Source of the DNA: an uncultured delta proteobacterium
GTDB taxonomy: Bacteria; Desulfobacterota; Binatia; UBA9968
NCBI GenBank assembly: GCA_963804165.1
Contig: CAWDPO010000037.1
Span: 32,001-96,000 of the forward strand
Direction: 5' to 3'
Length of the DNA: 64,000 bases
Made by a program: the position numbers and the translations under genes. The notes beneath the pieces are model-generated. The model saw nothing but the letters and a program-made list of their open reading frames with translations. It ran no database searches and was not told the DNA's origin. Of this stretch, positions 10,801 through 21,891 are shown in pieces. Numbering within the stretch: position 1 is the first letter of the stretch; every line of letters begins with the position of its first letter.

Positions 10801-13564
10801 CGTGCTATCCTTTAGGTACGGCCGCAGATAGACCCCGGTATGCGACTGCGCGACCTTGGTGATTTGCTCCGGTGTGCCCTTCGCGACGATTTCTCCGCCG
10901 GCGCCGCCGCCCTCCGGTCCGAGATCGATGATATAATCGGCGCATTTCACCACTTCCAAATTGTGCTCGATGACGACGACGGAATGGCCCTGGTCGAGCA
11001 ATTCATTAAAAGCCCAAAGCAGCCGTTCGATGTCGTGGAAGTGCAAGCCGGTGGTCGGCTCATCGAAGATAAAAAGCGTTCCCGCTTTTCTCGCCTTCGC
11101 CATATGCGCGGCTAGTTTTAAGCGTTGTGACTCGCCGCCCGAGAGCGTCGTCAGCGGCTGGCCGAGGCGGACGTATTCCAGTCCCACCGCCCACAGCGGC
11201 GTGATGGCGTTTTTGATTTCCGCCGTGTCTTTGAAAAATTCCAAGCCTTCGGCGACCGTGAGATCGAGGATCTGGCGAATATTCTTGCCCCGGTAGGCGA
11301 CTTCCAGAACTTCTTCACGGAAGCGGCTGCCGTGGCATTCAGCACATGAAGTGTACACGTCGGAGAGAAACTGCATCTCGACTTTTTCATAGCCTTCGCC
11401 GCGGCAGGTCTCACAGCGCCCGCCTTCGACGTTGAACGAAAAGGTCGACGGCGTGTAGCCGCGCAGGCGTGACAGATCGGCGGCGGCAAACAAACGACGA
11501 ACACCGTCGAACGCTTTCATATATGTCGCCGGGTTGGAACGCGGCGTGGTGCCGACCGGCGATTGATCGACCAGCACCACTTCGGAAATTTTGTCGACGC
11601 CCTCGATGCTCGCGCAATCGGTCACGCTGGCGGTCGGAGCTTCTTTGAGCTTTTTCAAATTGCGATAAATAACTTCGTCGACCAGACTCGATTTTCCCGA
11701 GCCCGACACGCCGGTGATGCAGACGAACAGCCCCAAGCGGAATTTCCACATCGATGTTTTTGAGATTGTTAGCGCGGGCGCCTTTGATCTTGATCGACCG
11801 CTGCAACAGCGGCTTGCGGTTGCGCGCGGGAAACGGAATGATCTTTCGCTGGCTCAGATAGGCGGCGGTTAGCGATTGTTCGTCTTTGAGCAGAGCATCG
11901 TAAGAGCCGCGAACATCACTTCGCCGCCTTGTTCGCCGGCTTTCGGGCCGAGATCGATGATGTGATCGCATTCTTTGATGATCTCGGGATCATGCTCGAC
12001 GACGACCACGGTGTTCTGATTGGCGCGCAAGCGCTGAAGAATTTCGACCAGTCGGCGGCTGTCGCGCGGATGAAGACCGATGGAGGGCTCGTCGAGGACG
12101 TAAAGGGTATTGACCAGCGACGAGCCGATGGCGGTCGTCAGATCGACGCGCTCCAATTCGCCGCCGGAAAGGGTGCGCGATTGGCGGTCCAAGGTGAGAT
12201 ATTCCAGTCCGACACCGACGAGATAACCCAAGCGGCGGCGAATTTCGTCGAGAATTAAACTCGCCACTTGATCCATGCGCGCCGGCCGGCTTGAGCTCTT
12301 GAAAAAAGCGCTGCGCGTCACCGACGCTCATGGCGCTCACCTGCGCGATGTCTTTGCCGACGATTCGATAATTCAGCGCGTCGGCTTTGAGGCGGGTGCC
12401 CTGGCACTCGGGACACATCAAATAGGCGCGGTAGCGCGCCAGCAGCACGCGCACGTGCATGCGATAGCTCTTCCGCTCGAGGCGGCGAAACCAGCCGCGG
12501 ATGCCTTTGTATTCGCCGTCGCCGTCAATGACGAGATTTTTTTGTCCGTCGGTCAGTTCGCCCCAGGGTTTTTTCGTCGGTACTTTTTTGCGCTCGCAGA
12601 AATCGAGCAAGCGGCGCGTGCGGCGGGTGCGGTTGAGCCACGGTTTGATGGCGCCGTCACTCAGCGACTTGCCGGGGTCGGGAATCACCAGATCGAGGTC
12701 GATATCGATCACCCGGCCGAAACCGCGGCAGGTCTCGCAGGCGCCGAGCGGACTGTTGAAGGAAAATAGATTGGGCACGGGATCGCGGTAGGAGATATCG
12801 CAGTGCGGGCAATGCAAATGATTGCTGAACGGCTCGCAGCGCCACTCTTGCTGCGGCAAAAACAAATTCAGTCGGCCTTTGCCGTAATGAAACGCTTGTT
12901 CGAGCGAATCCAAGATGCGTTTTTTGTTGGTTCCTCGCAGCGCGAGGCGGTCGACGACGACTTGTAAAGCTCCGTCACCGGACGGGCGCGCGGCGAGCTC
13001 ATCAAGCTCGCGAACCGATTGGTCGACCAGCAAGCGGTGAAACCCGGCTTGACCCAGGCCGCTGCGTATTTCGTCCCAATTCACCGACGACGGCGGCAGT
13101 GGAAACGTCAAGACCACAGGCGAGCCTTCCGCCGTTGCGCTCAGTTTGGCGTAAACCGACTGGGCGGAGTCGCGTTCGACCGGGCGACCGCAGCCTCGGC
13201 AGAGAAGCACAGCGATCTTGGAAAAGAGCAGCTTGAAGTGATCGTGCAGCTCCGTCATCGTGCCGACGGTGGAGCGCGACGTCCTTACGGGTCGGCTCTG
13301 ATCGATGGCGATGGTCGGCGGGATGCCCTCGATGCTCTCGACGTCCGGCTTATCCATGCGGTCGAGAAACTGGCGGGCATAGGCAGAGAAGCTTTCGACA
13401 TAGCGGCGCTGCCCCTCGGCGTAAAGAATGTCGAAAGCGAGCGTCGACTTGCCCGAGCCGCTCACCCCGGTGACGACCGTCAGGGCATTGAGCGGGATCT
13501 TGATGTCGAGGTTCTTTAAATTGTTTTGCTTGGCACCGCGGATGTGGATGAATTTACCGTCCAT
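7889..13564 (-). CDS. uvrA: Double-length excinuclease ABC subunit A (two tandem UvrA modules, about 1890 aa), split by about six 1-bp indels
   Basis: Fragments 11990-13564, 11869-12321, 11411-11971, 10693-11751, 9450-10538 and 7889-9469 tile one protein with four Walker A motifs (GxSGSGKS), LSGGE signatures, DEP Walker B motifs and CxxC zinc fingers. Frame changes near 12280, 11910, 11735, 10770, 10640 and 9460. Confidence 0.92.
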
Positions 13565-13621
13565 GGCTGCTTTCAGAATTAACGTTAGGACTTGCGTGTT
13601 GCCGATCGCCGGGAAACAATT

Positions 13622-13864
13622 TCACTGCAAGCGATATTTTTCCACGAGAATGCGGCGAAAACGCGAGCCGTAGATCAGATCGAAAGTTTCCTCTTTGTCG
13701 GGAAAGAGTTGCAACGCCGTGTGTTTGGCGTGGTTGACGACATCCTGCGCCTCTTCCAGGGTAAGATCGACGCGCCAAAGCAGCGCGGCCGCAACATCCA
13801 TCGCCCGGCCGCAGGCGGCGCAACTTGCGCTCTTCGGCGTGCAACGCCGCTTATCTGCCGCCAT
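13622..13864 (-). CDS. Small hypothetical protein with two compensating indels
   Basis: C-terminus DLTLEEAQDVV...ALQLFPDKEETFDLIYGSRFRRIL. A natural-looking N-terminus (HAEERKLRRLR) lies in an adjacent frame. Confidence 0.65.
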   Translation of the reverse strand: MAADKRRCTPKSASCAACGRAMDVAAALLWRVDLTLEEAQDVVNHAKHTALQLFPDKEETFDLIYGSRFRRILVEKYRLQ

Positions 13865-14003
13865 CTGAATATCGGATTTCACGTGCCCATATTGAGAGAT
13901 TTTTCCTCCCGCGCCAACCTTTAACATCTATCACACGGCACATTCGATGCAAGATTACTGCGAGCCTTTCAAGGTCGACATTGCGCTTTGCTAATTTGAT
14001 CGG

Positions 14004-14686
14004 GTGCGCATCAGTGAAATCTTTTATTCGATCCAAGGCGAAGGCCGGCTGATCGGCATTCCGTCGGTATTCGTCAGGACCTCCGGTTGCAACCTCCGCT
14101 GCGCCTGGTGCGACACGCCTTACACTTCATGGCAGCCGGAAGGGCAGTCTTATACTGTTGCTAAAATTCTCCGCGAACTCGAAAAGTACCCGGCTCGCCA
14201 TGTCGTCATCACCGGCGGCGAACCGTTGTTGGCGCGAGAGATCGAGGAGCTCACCGCCGAGCTAAACGCGGCGGCCGCACATCACCATCGAAACTGCCGC
14301 GACCGTTTTAAAACCGTTGACCGGCGACTTGATATCGATGAGTCCGAAACTGGCGAATTCCACGCCGTGGAAAAAGGCCGGCGGCAAATTCGCCGCCACA
14401 CGAGGCGCGCCGCCTGAATTTTGCAGTGATCCAGCACTATCTCGACAATTACGACTATCAGTTAAAATTCGTCGTCGAGCAAAAACACGACTTTGACGAG
14501 ATTGGCCGGCTGCTCGACCACCTTGCGGGCGTCGATCGATCCCGCGTCTTCATCATGGCGCAGGGGACGACGAGAAAGCAGCTGAGCACGAAGGCGCGCT
14601 GGATGGTCGAATTGTGCAAGCGTTACGGCTACGGATTTACGCCGCGACTGCATATCGAACTATTCGGCAACCGCCGTGGCACGTGA
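14004..14686 (+). CDS. queE: 7-carboxy-7-deazaguanine synthase (radical SAM), frameshifted
   Basis: ISEIFYSIQGEG, CNLRCAWCDT, VITGGEPLL. The middle part HITIETA...ISMSPKL is in a shifted frame. C-terminus QLKFVV...TPRLHIELFGNRRGT. Confidence 0.9.
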
Positions 14687-17600
14687 TCCGCGCGGGGCCC
14701 GGAACCAAGCCTTGTTCGACGGCTCGTCTGCCGTGCTCTGCACCTTCGCCGTGAACTGATGAGTTTTCGGATGTGCTGAGGTTAATTGAAGCGTGCGCCG
14801 GCGTCAGCGTGAGCGCGGGTTGGAAAATGGATGAGACGTTCGTGCTTGTCTTGGGCTGGCAGGTGTCTAAAGCCGCCGGCGGCTCCTTGAAGTTTTTGTC
14901 CAGTTTCGCGAGCAAGGTTGGCGCCAGCATCTTTAGCAGTGTCACCGGAAGCGAGCTGGTAAAATGATAGTTATCCGCCTCCTTGCCTTGGACGTAAGCG
15001 GTGATGACGCCGAAATAGCGCTCACCGATGTAAAAAACGAAAGTTGCCGTTCTGTTAGTCGCGCGCGACGTGAGCACGGCGCCGGAGCGGCTGAAAGTCT
15101 CAAACCGGTTGTCGCCCGAGCCGGTTTTGCCACCGACGGTGATAACTTTCCCATCGGATGTTTTAAAAACTCCGTTTAAGCGGCGCGCGGTGCCTTGCTC
15201 GACGACATCGGCCATGGATCTGCGCACGGTGGCCGCGACTTCGGGAGCGAGCACCCGCTCAGACTTTTCCGGGGCGCGTTCGAGCACGGTTTCATACGGT
15301 GTTCCGCTCGCAAAGTCTACGGTCCTGAGGCTCACCGAAGAGCGGCGCATGCCGTCGTTAACGAGAATGCCGACTAGGTCAGCAAGGGCTACGGGGCGGT
15401 CCGATGAGCTGCCTATGGCCGAGGCGTAAGTCGGCACCATCGTCTTGAAAGGAAACCCGAGCTTTTGCCAATAGGGGGTCATGCGGATGAAGGCCTCTCG
15501 CTCCATCCGGATGCGTAAACGAAGATCTTGAGCGCGGCGGTTGCGGCTGCTGAGCAGCCATGCCGAGCCGATCTGGCGCGCTTCGGTGCTTGCCGCGTAG
15601 AGATTTTCCCAGGAAAGACTGGGGCTTTTCGAAACTCTCCGGCGCACCAAAGATCGAGCGGGTGCAAAGCGAGAAGATAAGCGTAGTCGGTCAAGGTCAA
15701 GCGCGGATTCTTGTAGGCGCGAAACAATTTATCCAAATCCACATCTTTGGTCGGAACTTGGTTTTTTTCGAGCCACGCTTTGAGATCGCTCTCGCTCGTG
15801 CCGATGCGCCAGTTAAAAAACAATATGGTCAAGCGGCGCTCGATGTTTCCCTTTGTTCTGAGCAGACGGGCGACGATTTCTTCCGGACGACTGCTTGGCG
15901 TAGTTCTGATAAGCCCGGCGCAGCACCTGGCGCGATTCTTCGTCGGCGATTTCCTGGAGCATCTTCTGGCGTTGCGTATTCGCGGGATTCTCCAGCACAT
16001 CGGTGTAATCGTAAGGCAGCCGCGCGCGATGATAGCTCACCAGATCGCGCATCAGCCGGATGAACACCAAATTGATCGAATTACGAAACGCATCGCGCAG
16101 TGGCAAGATCCGTTCGTTGTCTTCCTTGTCAAAGTTCTCGAAGCGAAGAACTCCGCCGCCGGTAAAGAAATCTTCATAGGGACTGGCTGAGTAACGTCGT
16201 TCCATGGCGAGATCGAGAAACGGCTGTAAGGCGAGATTTTTCTCGTTCCGCAGCGTTTCGCCGGCCCATTTGGTCAACGGATCACGCGCGGTCTGTGCCG
16301 TTTGGGCCAACTGTTTCTCGTCCAATCCCGCCAGCTCGCCATACAGACCGGCCATCACTTCCAGATAATGGGTTATCGTGCGCAACTTGGCGGTGCTGCC
16401 GAACTCCAACTTTACGCTCTTATTGAAATCGAAAGGCGCGGCAAAGTTATCGGCCTGAACGCGGACGAAATTACCGCCAGGGGTCGCTTCCACCAACAGC
16501 AACGAGTAAATCACCTTGGCGGGATCGGCATTTTCCAAGAGCCGCTCACCGTTGAGCCCGCGAGCCCGGACGAAATCCGGGTCGGCAAGCCGGCCGAGAA
16601 ACTCGGTCACTTTCTTTTGCAGCGAGACGTCGAAAGTGCTGTCGACTTGCAAGTGAAGCCGGTTGAGATCGTAGAGATTGGTGACGCCGAGCGCCTCCAT
16701 CATGCTGTTGCGAATTGCGTTGGCGGCTTTGTTCTTACTCGACGAAGGTTGTGGCGGCAATGGCGCGGCCGGAAGAAAGTGGATGGGAGTGTCCTCGAGT
16801 TCCGCCGCGAACTCTCCATCGATGATGCTTTCGCGCGCCATCAGGCGCGTGAACTGGCCGACTTTTGCTTCCAATGACTCTCGTTCTTCGACCAGGAACA
16901 CCGACGGCGCGCGCACTGAAATGAGCAGCGTCAAAACATGTTTGAAGGCCCGGACTTTCGCCGGTGTCCGAGTGGGAGAATTCAATGCCGCCACGACATC
17001 ATCGAGGCGCATACCGAACCAGGCGTGCAGGCCTTCGCCGAGACCATGGATCTCGCCGTAGCTGGGCGCGGCGGCCAGCGGCACGGTGTTGAGATAATCG
17101 ACAATAATCCGCTCACGCCTGGCCCGGGTATTGGCGCCTTCGCGGTAGGCTTTCAGGCTTGCGCCGATGATCTGGCGGAGTTTTTCCATAGGCGTGTCCG
17201 TGCGGCCGTGGGGTGAATGGCGAAATTTTTCCAGCTGTACCGCGAGCGTGCTGCCGCCCTGCACCGATACCTGAAGGTGCAGCTTAGCGCCGATATACAT
17301 CACCGCTGCTTTGAGAATTCGATCCCATTCAATAACCGGATTTTGCCAGGGTGTAGCGGGACGATCGAGGTCCCGGTTCTCGAGAAAAAGCAGCGTTTTG
17401 ACCAGAAGCGGTGGAATGTCGCTCGACTTTGTCAAACAGAAATTCCGATTGGCCGTAGCGAAACAGCGACGCGCCATCAAGGCCGCGGATTTCGAGACCG
17501 GCATCGGGACGTTCCGGATAGGGCGGCGAAATTCCGTGCTCAAAAAGCGACAGCATGGTTTCCGATTGGCGAACTTGTTGCGTGAGCCGATATCCTTGGG

Positions 17601-17913
17601 ATTCCAAGCGGGATTGAAGGAACGGCACCTTCGAATAACCGCGCCGCTCATCGAAGGGTCCAGCGCGCGGAAACGCGATTTCCCTGCTGGGTCCGTCCTG
17701 CAGCTTGAAATACAGGCGCTCGTTGGTGCTCGTGAAAAACCATGACTGCAGGACCGACGTCTCAAATTCAATAAAAACGCAGAATAGCAGTATGAAAAAT
17801 ACTCCAAGCCCGCAGAGCCAAAGTTTGACACGGCGGTGGAAGACAAAGGCGCGGAGCCGAGATGCGAAGGTCGTTGTCCGCGGGAACTCAGACGGGACCG
17901 ATTTTCCGTTCAT
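14637..17913 (-). CDS. Transglycosylase (GT51)/penicillin-binding-like protein, frameshifted
   Basis: Four overlapping fragments. N-terminal TM; GT51 motifs LFLENRDL, QGGSTLAVQLEK, YLNTVP; C-terminal transpeptidase-like GGKTGSGDNR. Confidence 0.85.
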
Positions 17914-18116
17914 GATGGTATTTGCCCAAGATTACCATAAATAAGGAGTAAAACTAAGAAAAAGTTGCGTTCAGCGCACTGCGTTGGACCGGCAATTATT
18001 TCGTTGGCAAATAAGCTCAACGGGGAATTATAATCCGCGCCAATGGCGAATCGTCATGAATTGGCAGCTTTTTTCCGAAAAAAGGACAATTGATCGGTGC
18101 GCGCTAATCTTGCTGG

Positions 18117-18845
18117 ATGGACATTAAGATGATGAACATTGAAGAACTTCACGCTTTGGTTGAAAGACGGCGCAGCACTCGGGGGTACGACGAAAGCCGG
18201 CATGTTTCCGACGAAATCGTCAGAACCATTCTCGACTGCGCGCGCTGGGCTCCTTCAGGCGGCAACGGACAGCCATGGGAGTTCATTGTCGTACGTGAGC
18301 AAGCGGCCCGACATCAGATCGCCGATTATTACATGAAACAGATGGAACAAAAGCGTGAAATGGATCTCGCCGTGCGCGGCACGGCGAAAATGACCGGCGA
18401 CGGCTTCCGCCATGCGCCGGTGCACATCGTTGTGCTTGGCGATCCGCGAGTCAAAGAAGCTTATCCGATTCGCACCAAGCTCGAAAAAGCCGAGTCGCAT
18501 TTCATCACCGGTTTGGCCAATGCGACGTTGCTGATTCATCTGGCGGCGACGTCCCTCGGCTTGGCGTCGCAGTATGTCAGTGACGCCAATTCGCCTTATA
18601 TGGAAACAATGCTCAAAGTTTTGCTGAAAATTCCCGAGCCATTGCGCATCTACCACTTGGTTCCGATCGGTTACGGCAAGGGAAACGTCGTCGCGCCGCC
18701 GCGCCGGAGCCTGGAGGAAGTTATCCATCACGAAACCTATGATATGAAGAAATTTCGCAACGACGATCAGCTGGCGGGTTTCGTCAGGACGCGCACATTG
18801 CAAGGAGCCTATGGCCGAAAGGGCGGCGCCCAAGGCGAACCATAA
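18117..18845 (+). CDS. Nitroreductase family protein
   Basis: RRSTRGY, ARWAPSGGNGQPWEFIVV, LAATSLGLAS, VPIGY. Confidence 0.92.
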   Translation: MDIKMMNIEELHALVERRRSTRGYDESRHVSDEIVRTILDCARWAPSGGNGQPWEFIVVREQAARHQIADYYMKQMEQKREMDLAVRGTAKMTGDGFRHAPVHIVVLGDPRVKEAYPIRTKLEKAESHFITGLANATLLIHLAATSLGLASQYVSDANSPYMETMLKVLLKIPEPLRIYHLVPIGYGKGNVVAPPRRSLEEVIHHETYDMKKFRNDDQLAGFVRTRTLQGAYGRKGGAQGEP

Positions 18846-19015
18846 ATTGACAGCGTGGCAGATCCTAACGCGGCTGGTGCGAGCGACTCAGCGAAAGTTC
18901 TGGGAAAGTGACCAACAGACCGAGCTTGTTTTCCATGGTTGGCGGGTTGGCATGCTTCTACGGTTCGCGCGTGCTATTTTAGAGTAAACAATAATTGTTT
19001 GAGTAGGAGCGATCT

Positions 19016-20125
19016 ATGTTGGCAACAAGAGTGCTGCAAAAGGAAGGCACGTTTTACTTTATCGCCTATAAGGCGACGGAGCTGCTCGACCGGGTAAGTT
19101 TTTCGAGCCGCTATTATTTCGAAGGCGAGCAGATTGACGCCGATGAACCCGGCGACGATGAGGTTGCCAAGTTCATCGCCGGAATCGAGAAAAGCGAAAA
19201 ATCATTTCAACGTCTGCTTAACCGGCGAAAGATCGGCCAGATCGTTAATTTCTACGAGACGGCGGTCAGCCAGCCGCTGATTCCGGGCACGATTTTGCTC
19301 TTCACCGATGAGACGCTGCGCTTCCGGCGCTCGGACGCTTCGGAAAGCGTGGGTTTTCTAAGCGAGCCCAACGGCAAGTATCTTATTATCGACGGTCAGC
19401 ATCGTCTTGCGGCGCTGCATTTCTTCCGCCAAAGACATCCCGAACAGATCGATCGCATCGAGGTTCCCTGTGTGCTGTTTGACGGCAAGAGCGCCGACTT
19501 CGCCACCGAGATGTTCGTGATCATCAATTCGACCCACACCAGGATCAATAAATCCCATTTGGTAGATCTCTACGAACGGGTCTCCTGGGAAACACCGGAA
19601 AAGAAGTTTGCCGCCAAACTGGTCAACCTGCTTTACGAAGAATCCGACTCGCCCATGCGCTACCGCATCAATCGGCTGGGTGGGCGAAGCCGGCAGGAAA
19701 AATGGATTTTACAGTCGGAAGTGTTCAATGAGGTCTTCAAAGTCGTACAGCGAAACCGCCGCTTCTTCGACGACCACTTCGGTATGCGCGCGGACCGCGC
19801 CTACGCTCTCCTGCGAGATTATCTCAAAGCGGTGCGGGACGTCATGGATGCCGTTTGGGGCGACAATGAGAAATTCATGTTCACCCGAGACGTAACTCTG
19901 AAGGCGCTCTTTCGCGTGTTCGGTGATCTCATTCGCGACCGCAAGATCGTTCAGGCCTGGGATGACGAACGTTCACCCAAGGTTTTTACGAACGTCATCA
20001 AACCCTGGGCCGATTTAGCGCGGGAATTTCGCGCCGACGGCTTCTATGAACGTTTCGCGGCCAAGGGACAAGTGGAGCGCGTCCGGCGCATTCATACCCG
20101 GCTCGGTCAAAACCTAAACCAGTGA
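19016..20125 (+). CDS. DGQHR domain protein (DndB/DpdB/ParB-like)
   Basis: FQRLLNRRKI, YLIIDGQHRLAAL, EMFVIINSTH motifs. AGGAG RBS. Confidence 0.9.
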   Translation: MLATRVLQKEGTFYFIAYKATELLDRVSFSSRYYFEGEQIDADEPGDDEVAKFIAGIEKSEKSFQRLLNRRKIGQIVNFYETAVSQPLIPGTILLFTDETLRFRRSDASESVGFLSEPNGKYLIIDGQHRLAALHFFRQRHPEQIDRIEVPCVLFDGKSADFATEMFVIINSTHTRINKSHLVDLYERVSWETPEKKFAAKLVNLLYEESDSPMRYRINRLGGRSRQEKWILQSEVFNEVFKVVQRNRRFFDDHFGMRADRAYALLRDYLKAVRDVMDAVWGDNEKFMFTRDVTLKALFRVFGDLIRDRKIVQAWDDERSPKVFTNVIKPWADLAREFRADGFYERFAAKGQVERVRRIHTRLGQNLNQ

Positions 20126-20237
20126 TGAAACAGACACTGATGGATGAGAATTGGCATACCTGACGGCGGCTGTGAACGCGCGTACAGCGCCTTGACTTGC
20201 AGTGACAGTGATCGGTTCGGTTTCTTTCCGGAATCGT

Positions 20238-20281
20238 AAAAAAGTAAAAGCCCGGCTGGGTTACCCCCAGACCGGGCTTTA
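20238..20281 (-). terminator. Rho-independent terminator, probably bidirectional
   Basis: aaagcccggctggg-ttacc-cccagaccgggcttt stem with an A-tract on the left, between the convergent DGQHR and cupin genes. Confidence 0.75.
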
Positions 20282-20312
20282 TGAAATTGGTCAAAAAATC
20301 TGTTGTGATCGT

Positions 20313-20738
20313 CTAGTCCGCCAGCACGCCCATATCTTGGCCGCCCCCGTGTTGAAAAATGACGCGCTTGCCGGTCTTCTCATCAATCTCGTTGCGCTGA
20401 CCGCCGGCTTTGGCGACATCTTCCGGCGTCGCCTTGTGGCTATTGCCCAGCAGAACCATCGGCTCATCGTGCGGATTGGACCCTTCATAAAATTCATGCG
20501 CCGGGATGCTGATGATCTGCCCTGGAGACAGCTCGTGCGATTCGTTCAGGCCTTTCATGATGCCGCGTCCGGTGAGCACGTAGTAGGTCCGGTCCGACGG
20601 GTGGTTGTGCATTTTCTGCACGTCGCCCGGGGGAAAAATCAACACCCAGGTTTCCAGGTTTTCCCGCCGGTAAAGATCGATGCGGCGCTGGCCTTTCTTT
20701 CTCTCCTTGGCGATTTCAGAAATATCCTTGACTTCCAT
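20313..20738 (-). CDS. Cupin domain protein
   Basis: AAGGAGG RBS before ATG at 20738. Cupin motif HNHPSDRTYYVLTGRG...ELSPGQIISIPAHEF. Confidence 0.88.
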   Translation of the reverse strand: MEVKDISEIAKERKKGQRRIDLYRRENLETWVLIFPPGDVQKMHNHPSDRTYYVLTGRGIMKGLNESHELSPGQIISIPAHEFYEGSNPHDEPMVLLGNSHKATPEDVAKAGGQRNEIDEKTGKRVIFQHGGGQDMGVLAD

Positions 20739-20791
20739 GCTGACCTCCTTTTGTTTTAGTCGACGAAACCGTTTCCTCTCCCGCTGCAATG

Positions 20792-20821
20792 AATCTATTC
20801 CCGTTGTCGAGGTTTTGTCAA
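20792..20821 (-). promoter_or_regulatory. Sigma70-type promoter for the cupin gene
   Basis: TTGACA-N18-TAGATT on the minus strand. Confidence 0.55.
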
Positions 20822-20892
20822 CGATAGGTTTGTTTGCCTTGGCAAGGCGTACTATAGAAAAGAGACCGTAGTTCAATGAAAGGAGAGTCGCG

Positions 20893-21792
20893 ATGAGCCT
20901 GGTTAATCTTAACGTCATGTACGGCCATCTTGAAGGCGCGGGGGGTGATTTCGCTCGCGATCCCACGGGACATTTATCGATTGAAGCAGGAATATTTGAA
21001 AAGCATGGCCTTAATGTTTCGTGGAATCATGTTCAAGGTACGGAAGAGCGTTATCGCAGACTTGAAAACGGCAGCGCGCAGATCTCTCTGGTCGTCGGCC
21101 GGGCTTCACTGCAACACTTCCTCACTTCGAGAACTACGAGGATTCTTGGTTGCGCGATGAATAGCTGTCCTTACTATCTGATTGCGGCGCCAACGATCAC
21201 GAAGCTGGCGGATCTTAAAAATAAGGCGGTGGCTTGCCGCGAAGGGCCGTTACGCAATACACCCATCGCAGAGACATTTCGAAACCTTGCTCAACTCGAT
21301 GTCGGCAAGAATCTCACGTTACAAATGCCCAAAGGCGACCAAGACGCTTTCAATTTGCTGATCGATGGCAAAGTCGACGGTGCATTCCTACCACGGCCTT
21401 TCGGTTTTATCGCTGAAGAGAGGGGATTTAATAGCATCTCCGAGTGGCCGGATGTGGTCGATGACCCATTGCCCATCACCATCGAAACCAGCGAGAAACT
21501 TTGGCGGGAAAGCGCCGACGATTTTAGAAAGTTCCTGGCAGCACACCAGGAAGGTATTCGCCATTTCAAGAGCCATCGCGACGACGCTATCCGGATCCTG
21601 ACTAAACGCTTCGGGCACTCCGAATCATTGGCGAAAAAAACCTGCAACGACTACATCATCTGCATGGACGAGACGCTGAAAGTGGATTTCAAACAGTTTG
21701 AGAAGCTTCTGGCTCAAGTCGCGCCTGAGAAAGCAATTGACGCCCGCAAGGTGGCGTCCGAGTGGATCGCCACCGGGGCAGTGAAAGAATGA
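20893..21792 (+). CDS. NMT1/THI5/SsuA-like solute-binding-fold protein lacking a signal peptide
   Basis: AGIFEKHGLNV, ITKLADLKNKAVA, LIDGKVDGAFL. No N-terminal hydrophobic stretch. Confidence 0.82.
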   Translation: MSLVNLNVMYGHLEGAGGDFARDPTGHLSIEAGIFEKHGLNVSWNHVQGTEERYRRLENGSAQISLVVGRASLQHFLTSRTTRILGCAMNSCPYYLIAAPTITKLADLKNKAVACREGPLRNTPIAETFRNLAQLDVGKNLTLQMPKGDQDAFNLLIDGKVDGAFLPRPFGFIAEERGFNSISEWPDVVDDPLPITIETSEKLWRESADDFRKFLAAHQEGIRHFKSHRDDAIRILTKRFGHSESLAKKTCNDYIICMDETLKVDFKQFEKLLAQVAPEKAIDARKVASEWIATGAVKE

Positions 21793-21891
21793 GTTCTCGC
21801 CAAGGGTTCTTTCACGGAACCGGGTGGTTTTGATATAGCTCGGCTGAACAATAGTAACTTCATAGCGACAGGACTAGAGGAGGCTGAGCGA

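Noticed and set aside
14637-14686. Functional convergent overlap of queE and the PBP-like gene
   Set aside because: The PBP C-terminal tail looks non-conserved and lies in the error-prone block, so the overlap may be read-through.
7889-17913. Programmed frameshifting or real pseudogenes in uvrA, queE and the PBP-like gene
   Set aside because: The indels are numerous, lack a common slippery motif, hit unrelated genes on both strands in one block and leave motifs intact. Consensus error is more likely.
14004-20125. queE, DGQHR and folE as a Dpd 7-deazaguanine DNA-modification system
   Set aside because: No dpdA/tgt-like, dpdC, queC or queD gene is present. The genes are separated by unrelated loci and folE is 44 kb away beside pepA, so a housekeeping role is simpler.
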